Virus record (IMG/VR): IMGVR_UViG_3300028888_000043
Location: 169,756-233,755 of that record
From: a virus
Taxonomy: Duplodnaviria > Heunggongvirae > Uroviricota > Caudoviricetes
Length of the DNA: 64,000 bases
Strand: one strand, 5' to 3'
This document shows positions 1 to 9,435 of the stretch, one piece after another. Numbering within the stretch: the first letter of the stretch is position 1; every line of letters begins with the position of its first letter. The translations under genes were made by a program, and so were the position numbers. The notes under the pieces were generated by a model. It saw only the letters and a list, made by a program, of their open reading frames with translations. It made no database searches and had not been told where the DNA came from.

Positions 1-36
1 AAGTATATAGTTGTCAAAATCAAGAATGTTTTTCAT
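1..36 (-). CDS. 5' end of a late gene running off the window edge (MKNILDFDNYIL...), N-terminus resembles a T4 capsid-targeting sequence
   Basis: ATG at 36 on minus strand, open to window edge, 5 nt downstream of a CATAAATA motif. Confidence 0.5.
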   Translation of the reverse strand, partial: MKNILDFDNYIL

Positions 37-41
37 ACAAT

Positions 42-49
42 TATTTATG
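42..49 (-). promoter_or_regulatory. late promoter CATAAATA
   Basis: Recurrent intergenic motif; back-to-back with the copy at 54-61. Confidence 0.7.
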
Positions 50-53
50 AGAC

Positions 54-61
54 CATAAATA
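54..61 (+). promoter_or_regulatory. late promoter CATAAATA
   Basis: One mismatch to T4 late TATAAATA; 21 nt before ATG 83. Confidence 0.7.
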
Positions 62-82
62 TTCTATATATGTATTTTCATT

Positions 83-1393
83 ATGAAATTTGAATTTGAC
101 CATAGGACTGGTACAATGCAGCCAAAGAAAGATGACAATATTTATTTTGCCCAGTCACAAGGTGGTGGATTAATTGTCGATGACAAGAAGAACAATATCA
201 GATATATCATAGAAAGGAATGAAAGGATTACCAAGCTGTTCGGTAGTTTTGACAGAGACAAACTCAATTTCTATGATATGAGGGATGCCAGGATGATTGC
301 TGACAGGGTTGCCAGACTTCTTGGAAGAGACCACAAATATTCTGATTTCCATTATTTCCTGAAAGGTTATCATATGTCAGAGAATTTTGTCCAGAGTTGT
401 TCAAGTTTTTTGGACGAATCAGTGTGGGCAGACATTCATAAAAGGAGTAATGGCCAGGGCGCTGTGAAGAAAGAAGACTATGGTAGGGTGATAGGAACTC
501 TTGAAGATGGCACAAAACTGGTTATGCCTTATGACTATGTAGATAAAGGTGAACTTGTTGAGTTTGATGATGGAAACATTTATTCATTTGATGAATATAG
601 TGATGGTGATATTTATATTGCAGTGGTGAATCATAATTATGATGATACTTATTATAAGTATGATGAGGATACTGATGAAGGTGTCAATATGGTTGAATGT
701 TTCAAATGTGATGATTCATTGAGAACTGAAAATAATTTTGGAGCATTAAAGGCTTTGATGTTACAGGATGAATTTGATGATGAAGATTTTGAATATCTGG
801 ATGTTAATGTTCAAACAAATTGTTTTGAATTTACATTCTTTGACAACAAATTTAAAATCTACACCGATAAGGATAGTGCTGTTGAAGATGCCATTGAAAT
901 GGAAAAGGATTTACTTGAATCAGAAAGATTTACGAAAGATTTAGTTGAGCGTTTCAGGAATGCCCTTGGGGATGGTTTTCTTGATGAGAGTGAGATGAAA
1001 GATGCACTCAAAGAGAGTCAGGAATTTTATTACAATGATTTAAGTGAGGATGAGGCCATTGACAATTTGATTAGAAACAATATCATTGAAGACAGTGAGG
1101 AATATTTTGAACTGGATGAAGATGGGGAAATAGATCATTCACAACCAAAGTTTGATTATCAAGATTATTGTGATGCATATGTTGAAAAATGGATTGATAG
1201 TATTGATGATATTATAGATGAATATCTTATGAATTATGGATATGATGGTATTGAGAATTATATAGATATTGATAAACTTGCTGAACTTATTGTTAAAGCG
1301 GATGGTCCTGGAAATGAAATTGCAATGTTTGATGGTTTAGAAAGAGAAGAGACAGTGGATGATATAACATATTATATATATCGGGAAGAATAA
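83..1393 (+). CDS. acidic hypothetical protein with internal ESVWADIHKRSNG tag (putative virion-internal protein)
   Basis: 436-aa ORF; tag at nt 416-478 preceded by VQSCSSFLDE; late promoter upstream. Confidence 0.85.
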   Translation: MKFEFDHRTGTMQPKKDDNIYFAQSQGGGLIVDDKKNNIRYIIERNERITKLFGSFDRDKLNFYDMRDARMIADRVARLLGRDHKYSDFHYFLKGYHMSENFVQSCSSFLDESVWADIHKRSNGQGAVKKEDYGRVIGTLEDGTKLVMPYDYVDKGELVEFDDGNIYSFDEYSDGDIYIAVVNHNYDDTYYKYDEDTDEGVNMVECFKCDDSLRTENNFGALKALMLQDEFDDEDFEYLDVNVQTNCFEFTFFDNKFKIYTDKDSAVEDAIEMEKDLLESERFTKDLVERFRNALGDGFLDESEMKDALKESQEFYYNDLSEDEAIDNLIRNNIIEDSEEYFELDEDGEIDHSQPKFDYQDYCDAYVEKWIDSIDDIIDEYLMNYGYDGIENYIDIDKLAELIVKADGPGNEIAMFDGLEREETVDDITYYIYREE

Positions 1394-2037
1394 TGGTTTT
1401 AAATTTTAATGGTTATATAATAAATGAGGCCAGCTTGAAGAAACTCAAGAGGCAAGTACATGGTGCTCTCAATATGTCTGCCAGGAAAAGGATGAGAAGG
1501 GAGCTCCGTGACAATATCATTACCTTCAAGTTCAAGAAAAGGAATGGAGACATAAGGACTGCACATGGTACCCTTCATCCTGATTATCTCCCACCATTGA
1601 AAGGAGGCGGACCGAGACCGGAACACCAGATGGTCTATTATGATTTGGACAAGGAAGGTTGGAGAAGTTTCAGGTCATACACCTTTATAAAGATTCTGAA
1701 CATCAAACCTGTCGAGGCAAAACCTGTTACCAAACCACATCCTAAACCTATAACAAAGGAAGAAGATGAAGAGGAAGTAAAGAAGAAACCTATCCACACA
1801 GAGGATGAAGAAAAGGTGAAGGAGAAAGAAGAGAAGGTCAAGGAGAAGGAGGAAAAGAAGAAAATCCGTGAGATTGATGATGAGATAGAGGATGATGATG
1901 ACCACAAGAGTGTGTTGGATGATAAGGAAACTCCTGAAGAGAAAGAAGTTATCAGGAAGGACAAGGAGAAGGATGAGGAGGAAGATGAAGAAAAAGACAA
2001 GGAAAAAGACAAGGATATAAAGAGTGAAGATGAATAA
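1393..2037 (+). CDS. WYL_2/SH3-like (DUF2693-type) domain protein with acidic/basic tail
   Basis: IITFKFKKRNGDIRTAHGTL...YYDLDKEGWRSF signature; N-terminal MVLNFNGYIINE. Confidence 0.7.
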   Translation: MVLNFNGYIINEASLKKLKRQVHGALNMSARKRMRRELRDNIITFKFKKRNGDIRTAHGTLHPDYLPPLKGGGPRPEHQMVYYDLDKEGWRSFRSYTFIKILNIKPVEAKPVTKPHPKPITKEEDEEEVKKKPIHTEDEEKVKEKEEKVKEKEEKKKIREIDDEIEDDDDHKSVLDDKETPEEKEVIRKDKEKDEEEDEEKDKEKDKDIKSEDE

Positions 2038-2049
2038 TCTTCACTTTTT
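2023..2049 (+). terminator. intrinsic terminator
   Basis: AGTGAAGAT/ATCTTCACT stem followed by T-run. Confidence 0.55.
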
Positions 2050-2059
2050 GTTATATTTA
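2048..2059 (+). promoter_or_regulatory. TTGTTATATTTA promoter (middle-type)
   Basis: Recurrent intergenic motif upstream of dnaK. Confidence 0.7.
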
Positions 2060-2138
2060 AGTTTGAAGAAGACTGTTGAGTTCCCTTTTGTGGAACTTCA
2101 AGTAGTATAAAATAAATTAAAAAAAGTTTTATTAAGTT

Positions 2139-4022
2139 ATGAGTAAAAAAATTATTGGTATTGACCTCGGAACCGGTTTCTCCTGTGTTGCAGTTGTAGA
2201 GGGTGGTAAGCCGAAGGTCATTATTAATTCAGAAGGTAAGACCACCACTCCTTCTGTCATTTCATTCAGTGGTGATGAAATCAAGGTTGGTACCGCTGCC
2301 AGAAACCAGGCAGTGATGTATCCTACTGAAACAGTTTCATCCATCAAGCGCTTTATGGGTGAGAAGTTCAGCAATGTCCAGGATGAGGTTGCCAGGGCAC
2401 AGTATAAGGTGGTAAAGGGTAAGAATGACTTACCAAGAGTTGATATCAAGGGTAAACTTTATTCACCGGAGGAACTGTCCGCTATGATTCTTCAGAAGAT
2501 GAAGAAGACTGCGGAGGATTATCTTGGTGAGGAAGTGACAGATGCTGTCATCACCTGCCCTGCCTATTATGATGATACAGCACGCCAGGCTGTCAAGAAT
2601 GCCGGTGAGATTGCTGGTCTCAATGTGAAGAGGGTTATCAATGAGCCTACTGCTGCTGCACTTGCCTATGGTATCAGTACTGACAAGGCACAGAAGATTA
2701 TGGTGACTGACATTGGTTGCGGTACTTCTGACTTCACTATGTTGGAGATTGCTGATGGTGTCTTTGAGGTGATGGCCACTGATGGTGACACCCATCTTGG
2801 AGGTGATGACTTTGACCAGGTGATTGTCAACTGGGTTGTAGAAGAGTTCAAGAAGGAATATGGTACTGACATCTCAAGTGATTCTATGGCAATGCAGAGA
2901 GTGAAGAATGCAGCGGAGGAAGCAAAGATTGAATTGTCTTCCCTTACTTCCACTGACATCAACCTTCCTTATCTCTCACCTGTGAATGGTGTTCCCGCTC
3001 ACTTTGTGAAGAGTCTGTCCAGGGCCAAGTTCGAGCAGATGTCGGAAAGCCTCATCAAGAGGATTGTGGACAAGTGCAATTCCTGTCTTGCGAAGGCAAA
3101 GGTTGACAAGTCCAGTGTTGATGAGATTATCCTTGTTGGTGGATCCACCAGAATCCCTGCTGTCCAGGATGCCATTGAGAAAATCTTTGGAAAGACTCCT
3201 AACAAGACTGTCAATCCTGATGAGGCAGTTGCATCCGGTGCTGCTATCCAGGGTGCTATCCTTGCTGGTGACAAGGGTATGGGTGACATCCTTCTTCTTG
3301 ATGTCATTCCTCTTTCTCTTGGTATTGAAACTCTTGGTGGTGTGTTCACCAAGCTTGTTGATGCCAATACTACCATTCCAGTCAAGAGGACAGAGACTTT
3401 CACTACCGCTGCTGACAACCAGCCTTCCGTTGAGGTAAAGGTTCTCCAGGGTGAGAGACCTATGGCAAAGGATAACAAGCAGTTGGGTATCTTCCATCTT
3501 GATGGAATCATGCCGGCAAGAAAGGGTATCCCTCAGATTGAGGTTACATTTGACATTGATGCCAATGGTATCCTTTCTGTTTCTGCTACTGACAAGGCAA
3601 CTGGTAAGGCTCAATCTATCAGGATTGAGGGTAGTTCCGGATTGAGTAAGGAAGAGATTGAGAGGATGAAAGCAGAGGCGGAGGCAAATGCAGAGGCAGA
3701 TAAGAAGGAACTTGAAAGAATCCAGGTTCTCAATGCTGCCGAGTCAACCATCTTCCAGACAGAAAAGAACATCAAGGAGTATGGTGACAAGATTACAGAG
3801 GAACAGAAGTCTGAACTTGAGAATGGCCTCAATGCTTTGAGGGATGCTCTTGAACAGAAGGATGTGGATGCTTGTAAGTCCTGTATGGAAATCCTTTCAC
3901 AGTCCTGGTACAAGATTTCAGAGGAACTGTACAAGAACACAGGTGAAGCGCCTGGTGCCGGAGATACAGGTCAGACTGACAATCCATTTGGTGAAGGATT
4001 CAATTTCAACAATCCACAGTAA
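2139..4022 (+). CDS. dnaK: Hsp70 chaperone DnaK (phage-encoded)
   Basis: [65 protein letters not shown] motifs. Confidence 0.97.
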   Translation: MSKKIIGIDLGTGFSCVAVVEGGKPKVIINSEGKTTTPSVISFSGDEIKVGTAARNQAVMYPTETVSSIKRFMGEKFSNVQDEVARAQYKVVKGKNDLPRVDIKGKLYSPEELSAMILQKMKKTAEDYLGEEVTDAVITCPAYYDDTARQAVKNAGEIAGLNVKRVINEPTAAALAYGISTDKAQKIMVTDIGCGTSDFTMLEIADGVFEVMATDGDTHLGGDDFDQVIVNWVVEEFKKEYGTDISSDSMAMQRVKNAAEEAKIELSSLTSTDINLPYLSPVNGVPAHFVKSLSRAKFEQMSESLIKRIVDKCNSCLAKAKVDKSSVDEIILVGGSTRIPAVQDAIEKIFGKTPNKTVNPDEAVASGAAIQGAILAGDKGMGDILLLDVIPLSLGIETLGGVFTKLVDANTTIPVKRTETFTTAADNQPSVEVKVLQGERPMAKDNKQLGIFHLDGIMPARKGIPQIEVTFDIDANGILSVSATDKATGKAQSIRIEGSSGLSKEEIERMKAEAEANAEADKKELERIQVLNAAESTIFQTEKNIKEYGDKITEEQKSELENGLNALRDALEQKDVDACKSCMEILSQSWYKISEELYKNTGEAPGAGDTGQTDNPFGEGFNFNNPQ

Positions 4023-4025
4023 TGA

Positions 4026-4060
4026 AAAGGAGGGTGTAAATGACACTCTCCTTTCTTTTT
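4026..4060 (+). terminator. intrinsic terminator
   Basis: AAAGGAGGGTGT/ACACTCTCCTTT stem plus T-run after dnaK. Confidence 0.7.
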
Positions 4061-4062
4061 AT

Positions 4063-4070
4063 CATAAATA
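4063..4070 (+). promoter_or_regulatory. late promoter CATAAATA
   Basis: Recurrent motif, 24 nt before ATG 4095. Confidence 0.7.
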
Positions 4071-4094
4071 ACTTATATATAGTTACATTAAATT

Positions 4095-6077
4095 ATGACT
4101 CCTACTCCATATTTGAAAAAGTTTAATACTGAAGGTGGTACATTGTATGTGTTCCCATCTGTAAGTAGAGATCTTACAAAAACTCTTGTGAGTAATGATT
4201 ATGAATTCAAGTTCAGTCATTATGCATGTCTGAATCTTCCTGAAATATATGGTGGTAAATATACTTCTGACAAACCGAAGGGTTTGTATATTGAGACATT
4301 ATTACCTAATGGCAGTATTACCACTTGGGATAATACATCTATGCAGGATGCCATCACCACCAATCTTCAAAACTATGTGATGAACTTTGAGACTGCAATC
4401 ATCAATGGAGAAGGTGACAATGATAACTATGACAATGATGTCTTGACCACAGTATCTGAAAAGGTGTTTTGGAATTGGATGCAGAAGATAGGTGCAATCA
4501 AGTTTAATGAGTCTGGTACACTTGAAGATTATGACAACATACATGACAGGACAATCCAGTATCTTGGAAGTCTTGATATGATGAATGCGGTTGACATTGA
4601 CGGTGATACTTTCCAGGAATTGTACATCCATATTCCAAGTACCGCCGGTGCAAGTACAACTATCTATTTTAGACCTGGTGAGATGACTGACAACAAGAAT
4701 TATCTTCACAAGAACTATACTATCACAAATGGAAGATATAATCCTGAACAGATAATCGGAAGGGATTCTGAAGATGTAAGTCCATATGGATTGGGCATAA
4801 CAGCAATTTATGACAATGATGCGGGTAGTAACATCTATGTAGGTGATATGGGTCACACCATTGATTTCAGGGATTCCAGTTATGACAATGGTTATGGTAT
4901 AAGCAATATGAACAGCAAGAGTCTTGAAGACTTTGAGTTCAATGCTGTTCTTATCTTCTATGATATAACAGAGAAGACAAATGTCCCTGGTGTCAGGAGG
5001 ACTGCTACTAACCTGTATGGTATCTTGTTCTTGGATCAGGTTACAGATATGCCTGATACTGATAGCAGGAAGGGTTACTTCCAGAGATACCCGAAGAAGA
5101 AGGAGACTGTTTATGGAAACGGTAACAGTTATGGTCTCAAACTTGATTTGAAGATTGATACCATTGGTGATAATACATGGACATATAATACTATCACTGT
5201 TCCTGTATATGCAGACCCAGAATCAACTGCGGAAATCAATGCATCTGATTGGGGAAGGGAAAGGATAGCATCTATGATACATTATACCAAGGCGCTTACC
5301 GAACTCCAGAAATGTATTGATATTTTCTTTGAACAGAAGAATGAATTAATAAAACTTTCACAGAGAGTTGCCACACTTGAAAATCTGGTACTTGGCATTG
5401 ACAGTGTTAAATCCTTGAAGGATGACATAAGGAGATTGTATGACCTCTGTGACGGTAATGCTATTGTTGACACTGCAACTCTTTTAAGTCTCATAGATGC
5501 CAACACCAAGAAACTTGATAATATTATGAGGGGTGGAAAGGATTTGAAACTCCAGTTTGACACTGATGTCATCCAGCCTGGTAATGGTATTGGAATCAAG
5601 AAAGAACTCAACAGGGTAACAATCAGTTCTGAACAAAGGTATTCCATCAATACTGTATATGATGGTAATCAGTCAAATGAGGTGGAGTTCTCTGCAAATC
5701 ATCCTCTGGATACTCATTCCAGTACCGCACAGATATGTAGGATTCCTTTACTGACCGGTGAGAACTTTGCAGTTGTGTATCTTGAAGACACAGGTGACTG
5801 TGACAAGAACATCACCATAAACATTGATGACAGTAATTATAACTGGGAGGTTGGTCAGTCATTGAAGATATATTTTGTATGTGATAATGGATCTTTGAGG
5901 TTTACAGACTCCATCAACACTGGTGTTGTAATCAAACCAAAGTTTAGTTCCACACTTTCAATTCCTGGATTTGAAGTTGAAGGAAACAATCTCATCGAGG
6001 TTGTATGTGTCGCCCTGGCAGGTACCAATGATAATGGAAATGTCAATGAAGACAAATTTATATACTTAATCAAGTAA
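4095..6077 (+). CDS. putative virion structural protein (coiled-coil segment, beta-rich C-terminus)
   Basis: 660-aa ORF under a late promoter; no enzyme motifs seen. Confidence 0.6.
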   Translation: MTPTPYLKKFNTEGGTLYVFPSVSRDLTKTLVSNDYEFKFSHYACLNLPEIYGGKYTSDKPKGLYIETLLPNGSITTWDNTSMQDAITTNLQNYVMNFETAIINGEGDNDNYDNDVLTTVSEKVFWNWMQKIGAIKFNESGTLEDYDNIHDRTIQYLGSLDMMNAVDIDGDTFQELYIHIPSTAGASTTIYFRPGEMTDNKNYLHKNYTITNGRYNPEQIIGRDSEDVSPYGLGITAIYDNDAGSNIYVGDMGHTIDFRDSSYDNGYGISNMNSKSLEDFEFNAVLIFYDITEKTNVPGVRRTATNLYGILFLDQVTDMPDTDSRKGYFQRYPKKKETVYGNGNSYGLKLDLKIDTIGDNTWTYNTITVPVYADPESTAEINASDWGRERIASMIHYTKALTELQKCIDIFFEQKNELIKLSQRVATLENLVLGIDSVKSLKDDIRRLYDLCDGNAIVDTATLLSLIDANTKKLDNIMRGGKDLKLQFDTDVIQPGNGIGIKKELNRVTISSEQRYSINTVYDGNQSNEVEFSANHPLDTHSSTAQICRIPLLTGENFAVVYLEDTGDCDKNITINIDDSNYNWEVGQSLKIYFVCDNGSLRFTDSINTGVVIKPKFSSTLSIPGFEVEGNNLIEVVCVALAGTNDNGNVNEDKFIYLIK

Positions 6078-6084
6078 TTAAGAT

Positions 6085-6858
6085 ATGGCTGTATCTATAA
6101 AAGGAAATACAAGTAGTGTGGTATATGGAAAGGGAGACATATGTCTTAAACTCAATCCATTTGACAATTTCAGGTTGTTCACACTCTATGAAGATTGGCG
6201 AAGCGACGATCGCAAACCCATTGACCTCTCCAATGGACAGAAAATCTATCTTGTGTTCAAGTCAAAGAACAAGGAGATAAGGATTCCTGAATATGATATG
6301 ATTGACAGTGATTACACTGTTGACAAGGTTAATGGTCAGGTGTTGTTCAAGATTGCCAAGAAGCAGGCCATTGACATCCTGGCAATGGATACCAGGGTGT
6401 TCTATATCACCAGGATTTATAACATAACAGATTATACAGGTGAGAAGGTGTTATCTTCCGAGGAGGAAGTCCTTTATACAGGTCAGTGGAAAGATGAGAC
6501 TTCCAATACAGTTGACAACTACACAGCACAGTTGAAAAACCTGATGGATATTGTGAATGAAAGGAACAAGCAGATTCAAGACCTTCAGGAATCCAATGTG
6601 AAGTTGATGGAACAGAATACAGACTTCGCCACAACCCTGACCACACTCCAGGAAGAAAATGACAAGTTGTTGTCGGAGATTGCCACACTTGAAGCCAAGT
6701 TGGCAGAATATGAGGCAGGTAATGAATACAATGGCATGGTTGTTGGAGAAGGTACACATCACACTGTTATCACAGGTAGGACTCTCAATGGAAACGAGTA
6801 CACAGAGGAACAGTTGGCAGACGCCCTGAAAACTCTTGAAATAAAAGTTTCCGAATAA
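6085..6858 (+). CDS. putative structural protein, BppU-like N-terminus plus coiled coil
   Basis: PIDLSNGQKIYLVF motif; heptad-rich C-terminal half; co-transcribed with 4095. Confidence 0.5.
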   Translation: MAVSIKGNTSSVVYGKGDICLKLNPFDNFRLFTLYEDWRSDDRKPIDLSNGQKIYLVFKSKNKEIRIPEYDMIDSDYTVDKVNGQVLFKIAKKQAIDILAMDTRVFYITRIYNITDYTGEKVLSSEEEVLYTGQWKDETSNTVDNYTAQLKNLMDIVNERNKQIQDLQESNVKLMEQNTDFATTLTTLQEENDKLLSEIATLEAKLAEYEAGNEYNGMVVGEGTHHTVITGRTLNGNEYTEEQLADALKTLEIKVSE

Positions 6859-6875
6859 TCATATTTCACAAAAGT

Positions 6876-6887
6876 TTGTTATATTTA
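6876..6887 (+). promoter_or_regulatory. TTGTTATATTTA promoter (middle-type)
   Basis: Exact motif upstream of the SSB gene. Confidence 0.7.
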
Positions 6888-6955
6888 GTTTGTATCAGTT
6901 GAGAACATTGTCCTTTTGGACATAGTTTATATAAGTTTAATTAAGTTTTAAGTTT

Positions 6956-7993
6956 ATGGCAGAAGTAAATTTCAATGAACTGTTCGGATCATTTTCCGCA
7001 GCAGATGCCCTTGCGGCAACCGAGACCAGTAACAATTCTGGTTATTCTGGAAGAGCAGACCTCTTCAAACCATCCATCAAGGATGAAAAGTGTACGGACC
7101 AGAACTACCGTGCCCTCATCAGATTCATTCCTTTCTTCCATGAGGGAAAGTGGCGTACCACTGTCAGTCGTTGGGAATGCTTCCTGAAGGATGTGAATGG
7201 TGAAAACGGTATCTTCGTTGTTTCACCAAAGACTGATGGAAAGAAGTGTCCTATGAGGAATCTTTCCTACAAACTCTACACAAGTGATAGTGCAATCGAT
7301 AAGGAAAACTCCAAGAAGATTAATGTCTATCAGCAGTACTATGCCCTCATTGAGGTAGTCAAGGATGTACAGCATCCTGAATATGATGGAAAGGTTTTCA
7401 TCTATCAGTTCGGTCAGAAGATCAATGATAAGATTGAGGCTGCTATGAAGAGCACCGAGTTCACCGAGGGATTTAACCCGTTTGACCTTTATGATGGTCG
7501 CCTCTTTGAAATCAACATTACAAAGGATGCAACCAAGAAGATGGACAACAGACCTGTTGCCAACTATGATGCATGCCGTTTCATCGAGAAGACTTCTCCT
7601 ATCCACTTCACTGTTGGTGAAGAGAAGATGACTCTCTCCCGTGATGACAGGGATTCCCAGAGGGCTTTCTTCGAGTGGTTGGAGAAGGGTGCTCCGAAGA
7701 TTAAGGACTACTTCTGGAAGGAGTGGGATGCAGAGACCACTGAAAAGGTCAATGCCAATCTTGCCACCTATACTTCCAGTTATGTTGCTCCCCGCACAAC
7801 TGTTGCAGCAGCAAAGGAGACTGTGAGTGCGGCAACTGCACCTGTGGCACACCAGGAAGCACCTGCATCTGTGACTCTTGATCCTGTTGAGGATATGCCT
7901 GATTTCACTGCGGCATCCCCTCAGATTCCAGAAGATGAAACTCCGGTTTCAACTGCTGATGATGACTGGATCAACAGTGTCCTGAATGGATAA
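6956..7993 (+). CDS. gp32: T4 gp32-like single-stranded DNA-binding protein
   Basis: ALIRFIP, KKCP, YYALIEVVKDVQHPEYDGKVFIYQFGQKINDKI, NPFDLYDG, NYDAC motifs; acidic C-tail DDDWINSVL. Confidence 0.88.
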   Translation: MAEVNFNELFGSFSAADALAATETSNNSGYSGRADLFKPSIKDEKCTDQNYRALIRFIPFFHEGKWRTTVSRWECFLKDVNGENGIFVVSPKTDGKKCPMRNLSYKLYTSDSAIDKENSKKINVYQQYYALIEVVKDVQHPEYDGKVFIYQFGQKINDKIEAAMKSTEFTEGFNPFDLYDGRLFEINITKDATKKMDNRPVANYDACRFIEKTSPIHFTVGEEKMTLSRDDRDSQRAFFEWLEKGAPKIKDYFWKEWDAETTEKVNANLATYTSSYVAPRTTVAAAKETVSAATAPVAHQEAPASVTLDPVEDMPDFTAASPQIPEDETPVSTADDDWINSVLNG

Positions 7994-8004
7994 TTTCTAA
8001 ATAT

Positions 8005-8034
8005 GGTGGTGGGAAAGTTCTTCCCACCACCTTT
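8005..8034 (+). terminator. intrinsic terminator
   Basis: GGTGGTGGGAA/TTCCCACCACC 11-bp stem plus TTT. Confidence 0.7.
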
Positions 8035-8049
8035 AATCAAAAAACATAT

Positions 8050-8586
8050 ATGCCTAAAATTTTTGCTATTAGTGACACTTGGATTAACCGCCTGTTAGTG
8101 GAAGATCCAAATGCAAATGTTGTAGATAATAATGACCATATCATTCAGAGTTGGAATGATGTAGTGGACAAGGATGATACAGTTTATGTCCTGGGTGGAT
8201 TTGGTATTGCAGATATGTATCATATTCTTGTAAGACTGAATGGACAGATACACTTCCTCGCCAATTATTTCAACAATGATGAATCTGAATGCATGTCAAT
8301 GTTGAAGAAGGCTGTTGAGAAGACAAGTGATGTATCATTCAAGGAAAAGATACATTTTGACAATGAGCAGATTGTTGTACTGAATGATCTTGATGCAGTC
8401 CTTTCATACTTTCCACTTCAAGATTGGCCAGGTAAAAATACAGGAACATATTGTTTTCATGGTCTGAATGATAGTATGAATCTTGAAGAACACAATATCA
8501 CCTGTCTTGGTAGTAAATGGGATTTCAGTCCTGTTGATATTGAGGATGTTCAAAAAAATATCTCCACATTCAATAGCAAACTTTAA
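8050..8586 (+). CDS. calcineurin-like metallophosphoesterase-fold protein with degenerate metal ligands
   Basis: FAISDTW, WNDVVDKDDTVYVLGG, LNGQIHFLANY, FHGL align to the phage phosphoesterase pattern SDxH...WN..V...D.VY.LGD...GNHD...HGH. Confidence 0.7.
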   Translation: MPKIFAISDTWINRLLVEDPNANVVDNNDHIIQSWNDVVDKDDTVYVLGGFGIADMYHILVRLNGQIHFLANYFNNDESECMSMLKKAVEKTSDVSFKEKIHFDNEQIVVLNDLDAVLSYFPLQDWPGKNTGTYCFHGLNDSMNLEEHNITCLGSKWDFSPVDIEDVQKNISTFNSKL

Positions 8587-8593
8587 TGATTTA

Positions 8594-8620
8594 GGCATCC
8601 TGTAAACAACAGGATGTCTT
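8594..8620 (+). terminator. probable terminator hairpin
   Basis: GGCATCCTGT/ACAGGATGTC stem. Confidence 0.5.
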
Positions 8621-8647
8621 GATCTGTTTAAAAGAATTTGTCAAAAA

Positions 8648-8679
8648 TTTGTTTTTTTGACAAAAAATCATTATACTTG
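8648..8679 (+). promoter_or_regulatory. host-type Bacteroidota promoter (TTTG-N20-TATACTTG)
   Basis: Fits the Bacteroides -33 TTTG / -7 TAnnTTTG layout with one mismatch; upstream of the sigma70-like gene. Confidence 0.55.
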
Positions 8680-8746
8680 TATTAGGTATTCATATCTGAT
8701 ACCAATATAATCACCCAAACATAAGTAAAAATAAGTTAATTTAGTA

Positions 8747-9424
8747 ATGGATAGTAAGTTGTATAATGACATTGGTAAGACTGTTGAAGCTGCCAAAAAG
8801 AACAATGGTTCTCTGACAGAACAAAATCTTCTTTATGTGGTAAAGGTTGCCACAGACATAGCTAACAAGACCGGAGCAGATTTTGATTCTCTTTTTGCAG
8901 AAGGTGTAATCGCTATGAAGAAGATGGAAGAAAAGTTTGACATAACCAAGAATGACAAGTTCACCAAGGCAGCAGCAATGGCAGTCAGGGGTTATATGTT
9001 GAACTCCATCAATCGTCAGAGTACATTGGTTCATATCCCTGCCAATCATATGAAGGGTTTCAAGAAAGGTCAGGACAGACTTGACTCTTCAAAGGTGGAG
9101 TATTGTCAGATTGATGCAACCAATTATGATACATTGGGTTATGTGGATAACTCTGCATTTGAGGTTGACCGGGAGGCCATTCTTGAAGAAGGATTGAAGA
9201 CATTGGATATCAATGGGCGTATTGCTATGGAGATGAAGTTGCATAGAGGTAAATATTCTGAACAGCTTCCCAGTGAGGGTAAGGACAAGATAGTCTGGAA
9301 ATACAAGAACTCTATGCAGGATATTGCTGATGAACTTGAAGTTCCTCTCAATACTGCAAACAAAATTTATAAGGAAGCATATAATAAGTTGAAAAAATAT
9401 TGTATGACTGCCGCAAATGAATAA
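8747..9424 (+). CDS. sigma70-family RNA polymerase sigma factor (phage)
   Basis: Region 2-like QNLLYVVKVA...DSLFAEGVIAMKKMEEKFD...KFTKAA; region 4-like HTH SMQDIADELEVPLNTANKIYKEAYNKLK. Confidence 0.85.
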   Translation: MDSKLYNDIGKTVEAAKKNNGSLTEQNLLYVVKVATDIANKTGADFDSLFAEGVIAMKKMEEKFDITKNDKFTKAAAMAVRGYMLNSINRQSTLVHIPANHMKGFKKGQDRLDSSKVEYCQIDATNYDTLGYVDNSAFEVDREAILEEGLKTLDINGRIAMEMKLHRGKYSEQLPSEGKDKIVWKYKNSMQDIADELEVPLNTANKIYKEAYNKLKKYCMTAANE

Positions 9425-9435
9425 ATGAAACTGAT

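Noticed and set aside
1740-2037. Lys/Glu/Asp-rich repeats here and at 49290-49640
   Set aside because: Low-complexity disordered tails with no discrete repeat unit.
2139-4022. Bacterial chromosome origin suggested by dnaK, metK and S1
   Set aside because: These genes are interspersed with T4-like structural and replication genes and share the phage promoter motifs.
8657-8677. E. coli-type TTGACA/TATACT promoter
   Set aside because: The spacing is only 9 nt; the Bacteroidota-type arrangement fits instead.
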